Shown one piece after another: positions 35,716 to 47,151 of a stretch of 64,000 nt of DNA. Numbering within the stretch: position 1 is the first letter of the stretch; every line of letters begins with the position of its first letter. The notes beneath the pieces were generated by a model. It saw only the letters and a list, made by a program, of their open reading frames with translations. It was not told the DNA's origin and ran no database searches. The translations under genes were made by a program, and so were the position numbers. Where the stretch lies: the NCBI GenBank assembly GCA_964270895.1, contig OZ185438.1; one strand, 5' to 3'. Origin of the DNA: Podarcis filfolensis. Lineage: Eukaryota.

Positions 35716-36195
35716 AGGACCCTTCCAAACTGGTGCTTTTTTGCAGGTGTATTCTGCAACACCAAAAGGGGACATGTACACACACACCCAGACCGTTTGT
35801 GGGATGAAAAACTTTATCAGTGACTGGGGAAAATTTGTAGATTGTTTGAAATGTAATTGTACACACATAAATTCATTAGGATTAATTTAAACCAAACAGT
35901 TAAAAGGAAATTTGAAGGAGTAATTAATAATTAGAACGACAAAGAAAATGCAGTGTTATGAATTAAAATAAGAAACCACAAAAAGGGTGAGGGGAAACAG
36001 AATATTTTTGTGTATTGTAATATTGGAATTCTATTGATGTAAAATATTTTTAAGAAAAACTGAAAATAAAATTTATTTATTTTTTAAAAATAAACGTTTG
36101 TGGGATGAAAAGTTACAGCATTTCAGCAAGAAGCTACGAGCCCAACACATTGCAGAATACACCTGCAACAAACACCACTGACTTGAAGGGGCTCC
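35716..36195. mobile_element. Hairpin MITE interrupted by an L1 insertion
   Basis: Perfect 19-bp inverted repeat TTGCAGGTGTATTCTGCAA (35741-35759) / TTGCAGAATACACCTGCAA (36150-36168). Confidence 0.6.
35811..36094 (+). mobile_element. 5'-truncated L1 3' end (284 bp) with 17-bp TSD
   Basis: TSD CGTTTGTGGGATGAAAA at 35794-35810 and 36095-36111. Encodes TFISDWGKFVDCLKCNCTHINSLGLI* (L1 ORF2 C-terminus pattern), then an A/T-rich tail. Confidence 0.85.
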
Positions 36196-36911
36196 AAGAC
36201 TAATTTATGGAAGGAAGAGGGCTGATGAATGAGAAGAAGTGAGGTGGTTGGATAGGTAAACTAGGAATTTTAATCTGAGCCAGAGAAGAATTGGGAATAT
36301 GTAAAACTTGCTTCTGTGAGCCAGGTCTCCTTTTTGTGTCCCTGAAGCTTGTAACTGAGTCTACGCTCAGAGAACTCCAATAAAATATCTGATATGTAAA
36401 GATATGCTAAACCAGAACACCAAAAAGTGCAGTCCTACTTAGTCTCAGTGGACGAAGAGTGTCAACTAAGTAGTAGTTATCAATTTGATAATTTATCACT
36501 TTTTGGGGAACAGAAATACTTTTTTTACCACTGATCATACACCACTTTTCTTGCAGCTAACATTAGGCTTATTCACATATTATCCCTAATACAACTACAA
36601 ACTGTCTCTAAACATATACAAATATTTGTGGGTGTACCCTTGTTGATTTGCACAGCTAAGCTGTTGTGTACACAGCACAGACTTTATGGTCATTGAATGT
36701 TACATGTGAATATAGGTGTACAAACTCAACTCTTTGCATACACAGGTACACATTTTGCACAGTTGTTGAACACCCTATATGGTTGCACTTTTACCAAAAA
36801 GTCAATCTAGGGCCATGTAGATGATGGGTTATTCAGAGTCAATGTGTAACTGTAGTAAACTTGAACACACAAGGAACAAAGTTGCATTACCGAAGGTGTG
36901 TTCTTTTTCAG

Positions 36912-37003
36912 GATTACCAGGCCGACAGTGGGATGGTGCTGTCTTCAGAAGAACGGAAGCGTTTTACATGGACAGGCAGCAAACAAAAGCAAACTTTCTT
37001 TGG
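36912..37003 (+). CDS. FLT1: VEGFR1 exon 29-equivalent (DYQADSGMVLSSEERKRFTWTGSKQKQTFF)
   Basis: tttcag| and |gtatgt, 92 nt. DYQ and KRFTWT are conserved. Confidence 0.93.
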
Positions 37004-37750
37004 GTATGTGATTTCAACGACTATTCAGGGTGCAACAAGACACAAAGTGGGGACATTTGCTAGGAATCTAATTGAATCTGTCACTTAAAGGGGGTGTTAA
37101 CCCTATTCCTGTGAGCCATTTTCCTGAGAAAGACCACTCTCCATTCATCTGCTGTTTGCCCTATGGGTATCAGATATCATATGGGTATATCTTGTTCTAT
37201 GGGGTGGTTTTTATGGGCAGGTGGAAGATTGCAAAAGGGGGAAGATTTACACCTCCTCCCACAGCACTGGTCAATTTTGTCCCTGCCTTGTGTTTTGAGT
37301 TAGCAATATACAAAAACGACATTATAGAGCTGGGGGCAGGGTGTGGATTTTGTTCTTAGTACCCCTTCCCTTTCATGACTCAGCGTAATATAATCAGGAT
37401 ACTAAAATGGCAACATGACAATGGAGGGATACAAGAGCGTCATTTTTGTTCCTGCCCTCCGCCATGTTGTGTTAGCCGCCTTCCTCTGCCTAGCTCCTGT
37501 CTAGGGAATAAGGGCTTGTCCATGAAAAGGCTGTATTAACAGGAATTATTCTAAGCAGTGAATAGACAGTAAGGAAGTTGGTCAGACTTGCTTAAAAGGA
37601 AAAAAAAAGAAAAGACTGTCTTGTTTTGGGCATGAGAAATCCTAAATGCAGTTCCCAAACAAGTTCGTGCTCTATAGCATTGGTGAGGATAGTGGAAACA
37701 TATTAATGATACATAATTTTAATCTAACACACGTCTGCTTTTGCTTGTAG

Positions 37751-37952
37751 CCTCCTCTCTGGCAGCCGAAGCAAGGAGTCTGTCCTTTGTGACACCGCAA
37801 AGCCAAAGGTTTACAGTTCCAGCTGCGGCCACATCAGCGATGTGACTCTGCCATTTACCCGCGGCAGCACCGGCTGGGAAGGGAAGCAGACGCAGGGCTC
37901 CTCTCCTCCCAGCTATAACTCGGTGGTTCGCTATTCCACTCCTCCAGTGTAG
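37751..37952 (+). CDS. FLT1: VEGFR1 last coding exon to TAG (...SYNSVVRYSTPPV*)
   Basis: ttgtag| acceptor, open frame, and C-terminal YNSV / YSTPP motifs of VEGFR1. Confidence 0.95.
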
Positions 37953-39436
37953 CAAGGAAGGACTTTGAACTACTCAAAGCAGCTGCCCCTCCACTGAGCT
38001 GCATCTCTCCACTATCACCATTTAAAATATTGAACGCTCCTTCCTGCTACTCAATGACCCAACAGCACCCCTGTAGAGTACAGGCTATTTCTGGGCTGTA
38101 GCACTAGCTTCCACCCAACGGCAGGAACCCAGTAACTATTCAAATGTGAGAGGGGAACAGCAGGAAAGGAACCCTGTGCAGTGTATTTCTCTCACTTCCT
38201 AAATACAGATCCTTACACTGGTCTCAGGCAATGCTATGGGAGGATGGTGAAACTGACCAGGCTAGAAGCTGCTTCTGGTCTACTTAGTTATATGCTTAAG
38301 GGAGATTGCACTTTTATTTTACCCATAGAGTTTTGTAGATACATACCCATTTTGCTCTCGTGCTGCTGTGGAATTGTTTCAGCTTTGAAGGAGTGTGTTC
38401 AGTAGAAACAGTTCAAGCAGATGTAATGGGGACACAATGAATGCATCAGCGGCAAGGGTAGCTCTGCAATACCTTATTAAACATTTCAAAACCATACAGA
38501 GGTTGTTGAGGCCTCAGCTCCCTGCATAGCTCTTTACCTTGTAGCTTGCTGAAGCAACATATACACTGCACAAAGTAAATATGCACAATAAACACAGGTA
38601 GGATTCAGGTTTTCTTGAGGCAATACTGGGGACTCCCTGGCGCAGCATCTTAGTATTTTCCATGAGAGAACACACAGTTCTCTATGTATCTATTATACTA
38701 TAGTCTGCTTTTATACTCCCAGCTGCAAGTGACAGCAGAGGCACAAAGCGTCAGGCCAACCTGCTGTAGCTAATCAGCAATAAAACCTGCATCCAGCTGC
38801 AGCTTTGCAGTGTCTGAAATACCTGTTGAATCTTGTGCTGCTGCTATTGCAACTATTGAATTTATTTAGTGCTAAGAGTGTGCTGCTAGGTTCATTTTGC
38901 CAAGGGGCAGGTAGTTATGGTAGTGAACCATTGCCTTGGTTGACCAGTAAGCTACCACGATGGCTGTTCTATAAAAGCAGCTGATGTCGGTCCTGCTGTT
39001 CCAAGTTGGTTATGCCTAAACTTGATTCACTGGTTTCAATGACAATTTGTCACAATTAACCTGAGCTGGATCAAGGCCAATAGAGTGAAGAGTGTTTGGG
39101 TGCTGGAGAATTTTAGAACACTCAGTTTCTAAAGCCATAAGTCTGTAACCTTTGTGCTCTTTAATTAGATGGAACATCAGCCAACTATTCAGCCATGACT
39201 CTATTATTAAAGCCAATGGATCTATAAAGAGCTGGAGTGAAACTCCTGGGTTTATTTTCATGTAGGGCATTAGTAGTTGTAAAAACAAATATTTTTTATA
39301 TTCAAATCTAATGCTTTTAACGAACCTTTTTTAAAAAACTGGAATTTACAAAGCATTCTTTAACTGGATGTAAATATCTCCTACTCGTGCCTTAACTTTT
39401 ACCGTCTATTTTTACATATGCTTTCTAAAGTTTCAC

Positions 39437-39442
39437 AATAAA
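39437..39442 (+). terminator. Candidate FLT1 poly(A) signal
   Basis: AATAAA with upstream TGTA (39369) and downstream GU-rich TTGGTTTGCTTGTGTT. Confidence 0.45.
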
Positions 39443-40320
39443 ATTTATTTCCAAGCTTCATTTGAGAGATTATTGGTTTGCTTGTGTTCATAATAATTCC
39501 ACAATGTTGCAGAAGTGTCTCACTGAATTGGTTGGTTTTGGCTTGAAGCAGCAATTTCAAGTAGCCAAAGTATTTGTCAAGGCCTGTCAGAAGATCGACC
39601 TTATTTCGAGGGGATGAATTCAAGCTAAGTCACTGGTAGTGTGATAAAGAGATGCTTCTTCATTCTGTGGATCACTGGGCCCTTCTAAAGGTGAGTTTTT
39701 TCTCCATGATCTATATGCAGTTGCATGCACAGAATTCTGTACTTGCCCAAGGCATCGTTTGAATTCAAAGCTATCAGCAGGAACGATGGGCTTGCCATCG
39801 TGTGTAGCTGTAGAAAGGAGTTGAAGACAAGCCTTATCCTCTGGCACATGGGCTAATATGATGTGCAAGCATGCTTTTGCAACCCACATGCTCACAAGCT
39901 GTTAAGCATACTCCAGCTTGAGAAAGAAAACCCAGGGACAATGAACGCATGCACTTTTAGAAGGTGTAAAGATGAAAACTGCTCTTGTAGACTTTTTGCA
40001 GGTTTAAAAAAATACCTGGCAGGATCCTAAAGTTTTTTTCTGCCCTCTGACTGCCAGAGATAAGAATACAAAGCAAAACTTGCTGCAACTTTCATTTTAG
40101 CCTACTTGCAAAATGAACTTTCTAAGCAAAATCCATTTCAAGCAACAGGTGGTCCAGATTAATTTATGCAAAGAAAAAGGCATACTGGCACTTTTATGCA
40201 ATTGTATAACGTTCTATGACTTTTTACACTTTATATAAAACATATCACAGGGAGGTTTGAGGGTAAAAAGGCCTTGACCATGCCTTAATATATATTTATT
40301 TTCAGTTAACAGTTCAAATC

Positions 40321-40326
40321 AATAAA
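40321..40326 (+). terminator. Candidate distal FLT1 poly(A) signal
   Basis: AATAAA at the end of an AT-rich tract, with upstream TGTA near 40203. The downstream element is weak. Confidence 0.4.
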
Positions 40327-40719
40327 AAATGGAAAACTACACAAAACTCATGCGTAATTTTCCAATAAGTAAATTGCCAAATGTATCTTAATCTGATATG
40401 GGAGCTCAAACAAAAGTTATTTAAAAAGCATTTTTCAGAGGGTTCGAACTACTTCAGCATCTGGAGTCAGTTTGATAACGAACAGGCCAGCTCTACCATT
40501 TGCCTATCAGCAAGAAATGCACATCACTGTTCTCTTGAGACTGTATACTATATCTGAACACCAGATAAACAATGCTTGCAAGCCAAACACTGTTCCACAA
40601 ACCCTGCAGTAGAGTGGGATGGAGTAACATATGAAGAAAACAACTCCATAAAATAGTTTAAGTCAACTACACAAGAAGTGGCACACAATACCCACACCTT
40701 TGCATGCTCAAAAGAAGGC

Positions 40720-43562
40720 TGTGTTATTTCTGGTATTCTTTATTAAAAATACTGCTGTACACATGAAAAGAATGAAAAACAAGATTAAAAGGTAACACAG
40801 AGTGGGATCATGACATCAGAATGTAACACTGGTGCTTTTTAGGGGAAGCTGTTCACGTCTAAAACTTTACTGGAACAAGGGAAAATTAGAAGGAAAAGAA
40901 AGACATTATGTACCCCGAATAAAGTATTTACAGTGTAGCAAAAACAAAAACCCAAACAAGCAACCTAAGAACAGGTAAGAAAATTTAAATGGACTAACAT
41001 CACATGATTTCAAAAGGTTGTCCTTTCTGTGCTTTCAGCTGTAAAGATAGGAAGGTCAGAATCATTTCCCCGCATGAAAAAAAGTATGCCTTGTTTAAGA
41101 AAAACATTGCTGCGCTGTTTTAGGGATTACATACATAACTCTTCCAATGAGTGGAACATGCTAGTTTCTGGACAGCCTTCTAAATGGAATTATATTGGAG
41201 TAGAAGGGCTCTCCCCAAAAAAACACCAAAGCAGAAAATTCCAAAACACAGACCAAATAAAAACAAACAATACTCCACATTGTTCTATGCATTACCCAAC
41301 AGCAGAAATTTATTGGATGGCGTTTACTTATGGAAACTTATTGGCTCTCTGCTCTCTTTTTCAAAATTATTATTTTTTAACCTTAAACCAAGTCCTGAGA
41401 TTACTGGGGCTAAAGCAATGTACACTTACAGAATGAGACAAATAAGCAAAATGCAACTTGCCGTTTCAGAGGTGGGCATGTTGGTATAGCAAGGATGAGA
41501 CTGAAGGCCCTGCATTACAAACACCCCCCCTTGCTTTTCCCAAAATATTGGTCCACAAAATAATCCGTCAAAGGTTCCCAGTTCCCGCAACTGAAGAGAT
41601 GATCCCTTTCATTTTCAAAGAAAACAACAGTGGGGAAAAGAAAAGAAAAAGCCTCAGCCCGCATATAAATTAAGCATTCAATATTTCTTCTAGAATACAA
41701 GTACTACTTTTTGTACAAAAGAATTACAATATGATTTTTCAAAAACATATAAAAAGACAGCTGCTCTTCCTCATATACATGAGCGAATGATAAAAGACTG
41801 GTTGCCAGGTTCATATCTCAAAGTCCCTGTTCCTTTGGACATTAAAAAAAAGAACAACAGTGTGGCAACTGTTATCTTCTCAATATTAAACATTATGCTC
41901 CATTTAAATTTTTTTTCCAGATAAAACAACTGATTTTATTTATGCTACCAAACCGCAGGCTCTGCAATTTCTCATTTAGAGGCGCAACAGGTGTCCCTAG
42001 TCTTCCACAGCCTTCCTTCTGAAGAGCACTGCTTTCCTTGAGGCAAATCTAAAGGAGTGTCATCATTAAAGCTTATAAAACTGGACAGGATTATTAAAAA
42101 TTCACCTGAAATTACAAATATTGAGAATTAATAAAATGGGTGCCAGTAACATCAGTTGCAAGTGCTTTGAGTCTGTCCTGACACCTTTGGAGAGAGTTTC
42201 CACATTGTCTTCATGGTGAGCACCCAGTGCTATTAAAACATTCAGTGCTGGGAAAAGGATGCAGATATACAGTCTTCACTACTGCTTTAAGAAAGGGGGG
42301 AAATTATACGTATTTGGCAGTCTTCAGTATCAAAGTGTAGGTGTTCCACTACAAATTCCCTTGAATACCCAAGCTTGAGGACAAATGCAGGTCCAATATC
42401 AGAAAGTTAATTGCGGGGAAAGAAATCCCAGGCTTGAAGACTGAATATTCATGTGTTGAGTATTATCAAAAGTAATATTACTTTGGGCTAAGCAGTGACT
42501 GCAAAGGCACAGCAGACCACCATTCTTCCAGAATCAGGCTATAAAACTTCAAAAGCTCTTGATGCCAGACAACTGCTGTGTGTAGTTAATCTTCCAAACA
42601 GTGTCTTTGTATCTGTATCCAGTGTAAAGTACCATAATAAAGCTGTGGTTCAAAGAACAAAACTTTATACAAAAAAAGGATACCATAAGTAAATTAAATG
42701 AATAAACTCCCAAATCCTCAGGTCTGTAACACAATTCCTTTTAAAAATTCTATTAAAAATTGCATAAATGTGAATGCATCTGACTAGCAGTAAAATATAC
42801 AAACAGGTATTTTATTTAAAAGGCGCTGGTTGTGTTTAGAGCAACTGGGATATGCTCTCAAAGTTACAGATCTCAAAATGGTGCTGCTTCGCTTAGACAA
42901 AGCTTCAGCCAAATAAAAGGGGATTTTACATGTGAGATTTCTATAATACCCAACTTGATTTTTTTCTTCCTTTTTTTAAAAAATATGCATCTTCTGGTTT
43001 TGATTGGTGAACCTAACAGTGGGTGGCATAAGACACGGTTTTACAGAGGTTACAAGCTACACTGTAAATTTACAGAACACAATTTCTATGAAATTATTCA
43101 CCTGGTCCTTTATAGTATTCTGGGGTGCAAATAATATCAAAACAAATAAATTCCGCAGTATATTCAGTGGCAAAAAAATAAAATAAAATTCCCAGAAATG
43201 TCCTTGCAAAGAGATTCCCTTAGTAAGTATCCAATGTGGCAAAACATCAGAGATCAGAAAAGTCTTAAAAAAATTAAAATTAGTGCATATACGAGTGGAA
43301 AAAATAAAAGCAGGAACATCATACTCCTGATGCGTTCCTTATTTTAAAATAAATTCTTCACAGATAAAGCCTCCAATGGCAGCCAGAGCTCAAGGGTAAG
43401 CAAAAACATTCTTCCCTTCAAGTAACAGTGTACCTGACTGAAGTGCAACATCTCCTGCTGTTTTGTTTCCCAAAATGTGAAATGAGATGACGACAATCAG
43501 CTGTAGTGCAATTTGCTATTAGTTATGTTCTTCAGCAACGTCCTGCATGCTTTCAGCAAGTA
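40720..43562 (-). other. PAN3: PAN3 3'UTR (~2.8 kb, end inferred)
   Basis: Follows the PAN3 stop. U-rich on -. Further AATAAA at 42816-42811 and 41940-41935. Confidence 0.65.
40739..40744 (-). terminator. Candidate main PAN3 poly(A) signal
   Basis: AATAAA on -, with UGUA ~15 nt upstream and U/GU-rich CTTCTTTTG...GGTGTGGGTATTGTGTG downstream. Confidence 0.6.
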
Positions 43563-43703
43563 CTACAACTGGCCGTTCGCGGCTGCAATCAGTTCTTGAA
43601 AAGTATTTTCAAAGCAGCGTTTTAGGTCACTATACGTCACCACAAGTACACTCTTCTCATCTCTGGAAATGAGGCTTATTTTTTCTGGCACACCAGCATC
43701 TAG
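43563..43703 (-). CDS. PAN3: PAN3 last coding exon (LDAGVPEKISLISRDEKSVLVVTYSDLKRCFENTFQELIAAANGQL*)
   Basis: tttcag| acceptor, 141 nt to TAG. Matches the PAN3 C-terminus. Confidence 0.98.
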   Translation of the reverse strand, partial: LDAGVPEKISLISRDEKSVLVVTYSDLKRCFENTFQELIAAANGQL

Positions 43704-44084
43704 CTGAAATCAAAGGGCAGAAAACTTCCATTAGTAGGACTTGATACCATATTTACAAAACGAATGGTTTTGGCTGGGATCTTGGGGTGTGCTCACAGGG
43801 TGGGAGCATCCTGGATATAGAGTTCTGCCTCCGATCAACATCTCCTTGCAGCCTCGGGTGCCCACTAAAAATCTGCTCCAGGAGGCTGGGAACCTCTCTG
43901 AGGCAGCACAAGAAGGAATGTGGTGGGGTCAGGGGTGGGCAGCTCAATAAAAATATCGACCCAGGATGTGACAGCTGCAAAAAGGGTAAATTAGGGCTTG
44001 CTAGGGAAGGGATTGAAATTAAAGCTGCCCATGTCATAATGCCATTATCCAGATCTATGGAATACCTGCAATTTCAGTGATGTG

Positions 44085-45030
44085 TAATAATGGTCACCAC
44101 ACCTCAGAAAGGATACAGTGGTGCCCCGCAAGACGAACGCCTCGCAAGACGAAAAACCCGCTAGACGAAAGGGTTTTCCGTTTTGGAGGCGCTTTGCAAA
44201 ACGAATTTCCCTATGGGCTTCCTTCGCAAGACGAAAGCCCATAGGGAAATCTCCAGGACAGCGGGGAAGCGCAGCGCGTCTTCCCCACTGTCCTCGGACC
44301 TCCTCCGAAGGCTGGCGGTGGGGCGGAGAGACCTTCTCCCCGCGCCAGCCTTCGGATGGCTGTCCTGAAGACTTGCGGTGGGAGGAGGGTTTTCCTTCCC
44401 ACCGCCAACATTCAGAATGCTGTTCTGAATGTTGGCGGTGGGGAGGAAAAACCCTCCTCCCACCGCAAGCCCCGGGAACAGAAGAGAAGCGCTGCGCGCC
44501 TGTTCCCGTACCTGTCCTGTCCTCTGTTCCCGTACCTGTCCTGAAGGCTTGCGGTGGGGAGAAAAGCCCTTCTCCGCACCGCCAGCCTGGCAAGCGGTCT
44601 CCATAGGAATGCATTAATTGATTTTCAATGCATTCCTATGGGAAACCGTGCTTCGCAAGACGAAAAACTCGCAAGAAGAAAAAACTTGCGGAACGAATTA
44701 ATTTCGTCTTGCGAGGCACCACTGTACTGTGGACCTGGGAAAAGTGCAGAAAAGGGCAACCAAAACCATCAGGGGCTGGAGCAACTCCCCTATGAGGCAA
44801 GATTGCACTATTTGGAGCTTTTTATTGGTGTGGGGGGGGAGTAAGTAAGGAGGGGTTATGATAAGAGCTGTATAAAATTATGTGTGTGAGGGGGGAGTGG
44901 ATGGAGATGTTTTTCTCCCCCTCATAATACTAGATCCCAGGGCCATCCAATGAAAGTTTCAGGACAAAAGAAAAGTACTTTGTCACACAGTGCACAGTTA
45001 AAACTATAGGATTCGCTGAAAGGACCTTCA
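44085..45030 (+). mobile_element. CR1 3' coding fragment split by the MITE at 44116-44724
   Basis: Removing the MITE restores TGGTCACCACACCTCAGAAAGGATA|CTGTGGACCTGGGAAAAGTGCAGAAAAGGGCAACC (WSPHLRKD...KVQKRAT). Confidence 0.8.
44116..44724. mobile_element. Young Tc1/mariner (Tigger/pogo-like) MITE, 609 bp, with nested palindromes
   Basis: TIR CAGTGGTGCCCCGCAAGACGAA / TTCGTCTTGCGAGGCACCACTG, TA on both sides, CpG-rich. Confidence 0.93.
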
Positions 45031-45359
45031 AAATCGTTCAGCATGTAGTAGTTTTCCATATGCAGGATTACACGACAAGTGGGAATAGTCAAACAGGCAA
45101 TCATTCATAAACCACACAACACAACACAACACAACAAATAGCTTTAGGGCAAGAGGACTGGGAAAAGATAGGGACTAGTCTAGTCTAAGTGCATTAGGCA
45201 TTTTGTTCCTTAAAGTCTAAATTGAACGAAGAGATCCCTATCAGCTTCTGAATTTAATAGTAAGAGGTTAACCGTTTTGAACTAGACACAATAGAATTTT
45301 CACTGAACATGTACAAGAGAGGCCAGGGTTCAGATGTAAAGCTAAACCACAATTTAGCA

Positions 45360-45498
45360 CAGGCACCCCCAAACTCAGCCAAACTCCAGATGTTTTGGGA
45401 CTACAACTCCCATCATCCCTAGCTAACAGGACCAGTGGTCAGGGATGATGGGAGTTGCAGTCCCAAAACATCTGGAAGGCCAAGTTTGGGGATGCCTG
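45360..45498. mobile_element. hAT-type hairpin MITE, same family as 25222-25357
   Basis: Shares GTTTTGGGACTACAACTCCCATCATCCCTAGCTAACAGGACCAGTGGTCAG. TSD ATTTAGCA / GTTTAGCA (7/8). Confidence 0.85.
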
Positions 45499-46134
45499 GT
45501 TTAGCACCACAACAGGGGAAAGCCTGGTTTACCTCTGAGCTCATGCTCCCCTTTCCTCCTTTCTCCTCCTCCAGTGCAGCCACCAAACTGGAATAATTTG
45601 CTTTTTAAGCTGAGCACAGTTTGTCACATCTGACAAAAACAAACCAGTAGGTTTAAACTACGTTTTTTATGGAAACAATTCATGGTCAGAAACCATGGTT
45701 TGATCCTAGCATATTTCAATAAACCACAGTTTAAACTACAAACAATTTGTCCTTGACAGATGTAGAGCCAGTTAGTTTTAAAACACAGATGAAGAGGGGA
45801 GCAGGCAAGTCCAAGACTCCCTGCAATGCATTACTGTACCACAAAGCTAGGGTTTAGTGTCATATCTGAGCCAGGCCAGTGTCTCACATGCAAACATTGC
45901 TTCTGATGCAGCCAATGAAGCACTCATTTGCACCACTGACACCTAGGGCATTTTAACAGGGCCACCATGCACACCGTGTGAACTCACCTGCACACACAAC
46001 TGAAGACCAATTTGAGAACCATATCTGCTTTAAGACAACTTGCTTGCAGCCCAATTAAAAATAACAGGAGGAGGAAAGACAGACTAGTTACATAGTTTAT
46101 GTGCAATAAACGTAAAATACAGTCACTCATTTAC

Positions 46135-46273
46135 CTTGTTAAGACAAGAGATAATGTGACTGAGGTCTATCCAAGGAGTGCCCGTTTCTGTCACCTGATG
46201 AAAAAGATGGTCCCTAAACAGCTTCAGGAGGTATCTGTCTCCAGTTTCTGACCATGTTGGGTCCTTCTGAAAT
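46135..46273 (-). CDS. PAN3: PAN3 exon 18-equivalent ([47 protein letters not shown])
   Basis: aatag| and |gtaaat, 139 nt. Confidence 0.97.
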
Positions 46274-47086
46274 CTATTGTAAAACAGAGCGTTTTGTGTT
46301 TCTTAGTACAAGTTCATAAACATCTCAGACTAAGCGTTTTCTGAAGAAGTTTCTACTTTTAGCAAGTTATTCCCCCCACAATTTAAGGAGGAATGTGTGA
46401 TACACCCTTCAGTCCAGAGTTTAAAATTAAAAACAAGCTTTTCATGGGGCTAAAAGCATCTTAAGCAACTATGCTGCACATCTCTTTCCTGATATCATAA
46501 TTTAGCTGATTTTGAAAACCAGGTTAATAAGGTTTTTAAGCGGGGGGGGGGGGATCCCTACCAGTTCCTAATGCTCTGGATGAAACAATCTATTGCTTAA
46601 GGTTACATTTGGCATCATTAGTCATTGAGGTCAGACTTACAGTGTCCAGGAGAATGCAATCTCTACAATTATCAATTACTGTTCCCAGTCTCCAGAGTTG
46701 GCACTGTAGCAACTGTATGCACTTGGAGAGTATTTGCTGCTGTTGGGAGAAAAAACTGAAATACCTTCCCAAGAATGCACCAATAGTTTGGAGTTTTAAA
46801 ATCGTTTGAAATCTTGCAACTTATGAAACATCACCTTGCACTAATAATTCTCTATCTTCAGACAAGCCTCAAACCAGGATCTATTATCCAACTGAAAAGT
46901 GAGTGGTAAACACATATTCACATACAAAGAAGTTCTGGACAGTGTGCTACCAAACTGACCAAAGTAACCTAGCCCATCTTTCAGAGGCTTCTATACTTTG
47001 CAAGTCCATCATCATGCGTGAACATTCAAGACCCTTTGCGGTGCCTCTTTATAACACACTGATGCAGAAAATGCTGAATTCCTTAC

Positions 47087-47151
47087 TCTGGCCTCTCATT
47101 GATTGTTCCCAGTTTTGCAAGAAGCCGAAATAATCTTCCATTCTGAACTTC
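47087..47151 (-). CDS. PAN3: PAN3 exon 17-equivalent (EVQNGRLFRLLAKLGTINERP)
   Basis: atttag| and |gtaagg, 65 nt. Confidence 0.97.

Larger units (their letters stand above)
37953..40345 (+). other. FLT1: FLT1 3'UTR (end uncertain)
   Basis: Follows the stop codon. AATAAA candidates at 38587, 38779, 39437 and 40321. No recognisable repeats. Confidence 0.55.

Noticed and set aside
39749-39801. Alternative hairpins in the FLT1 3'UTR (CATCGTT/AACGATG versus ACGATGG/CCATCGT)
   Set aside because: Stems of only 7-11 bp can arise by chance, and no conservation data are available.
44045-44614. Overlapping ORFs of 147-189 aa on both strands
   Set aside because: They lie in a GC-rich palindromic MITE and show no transposase motifs.
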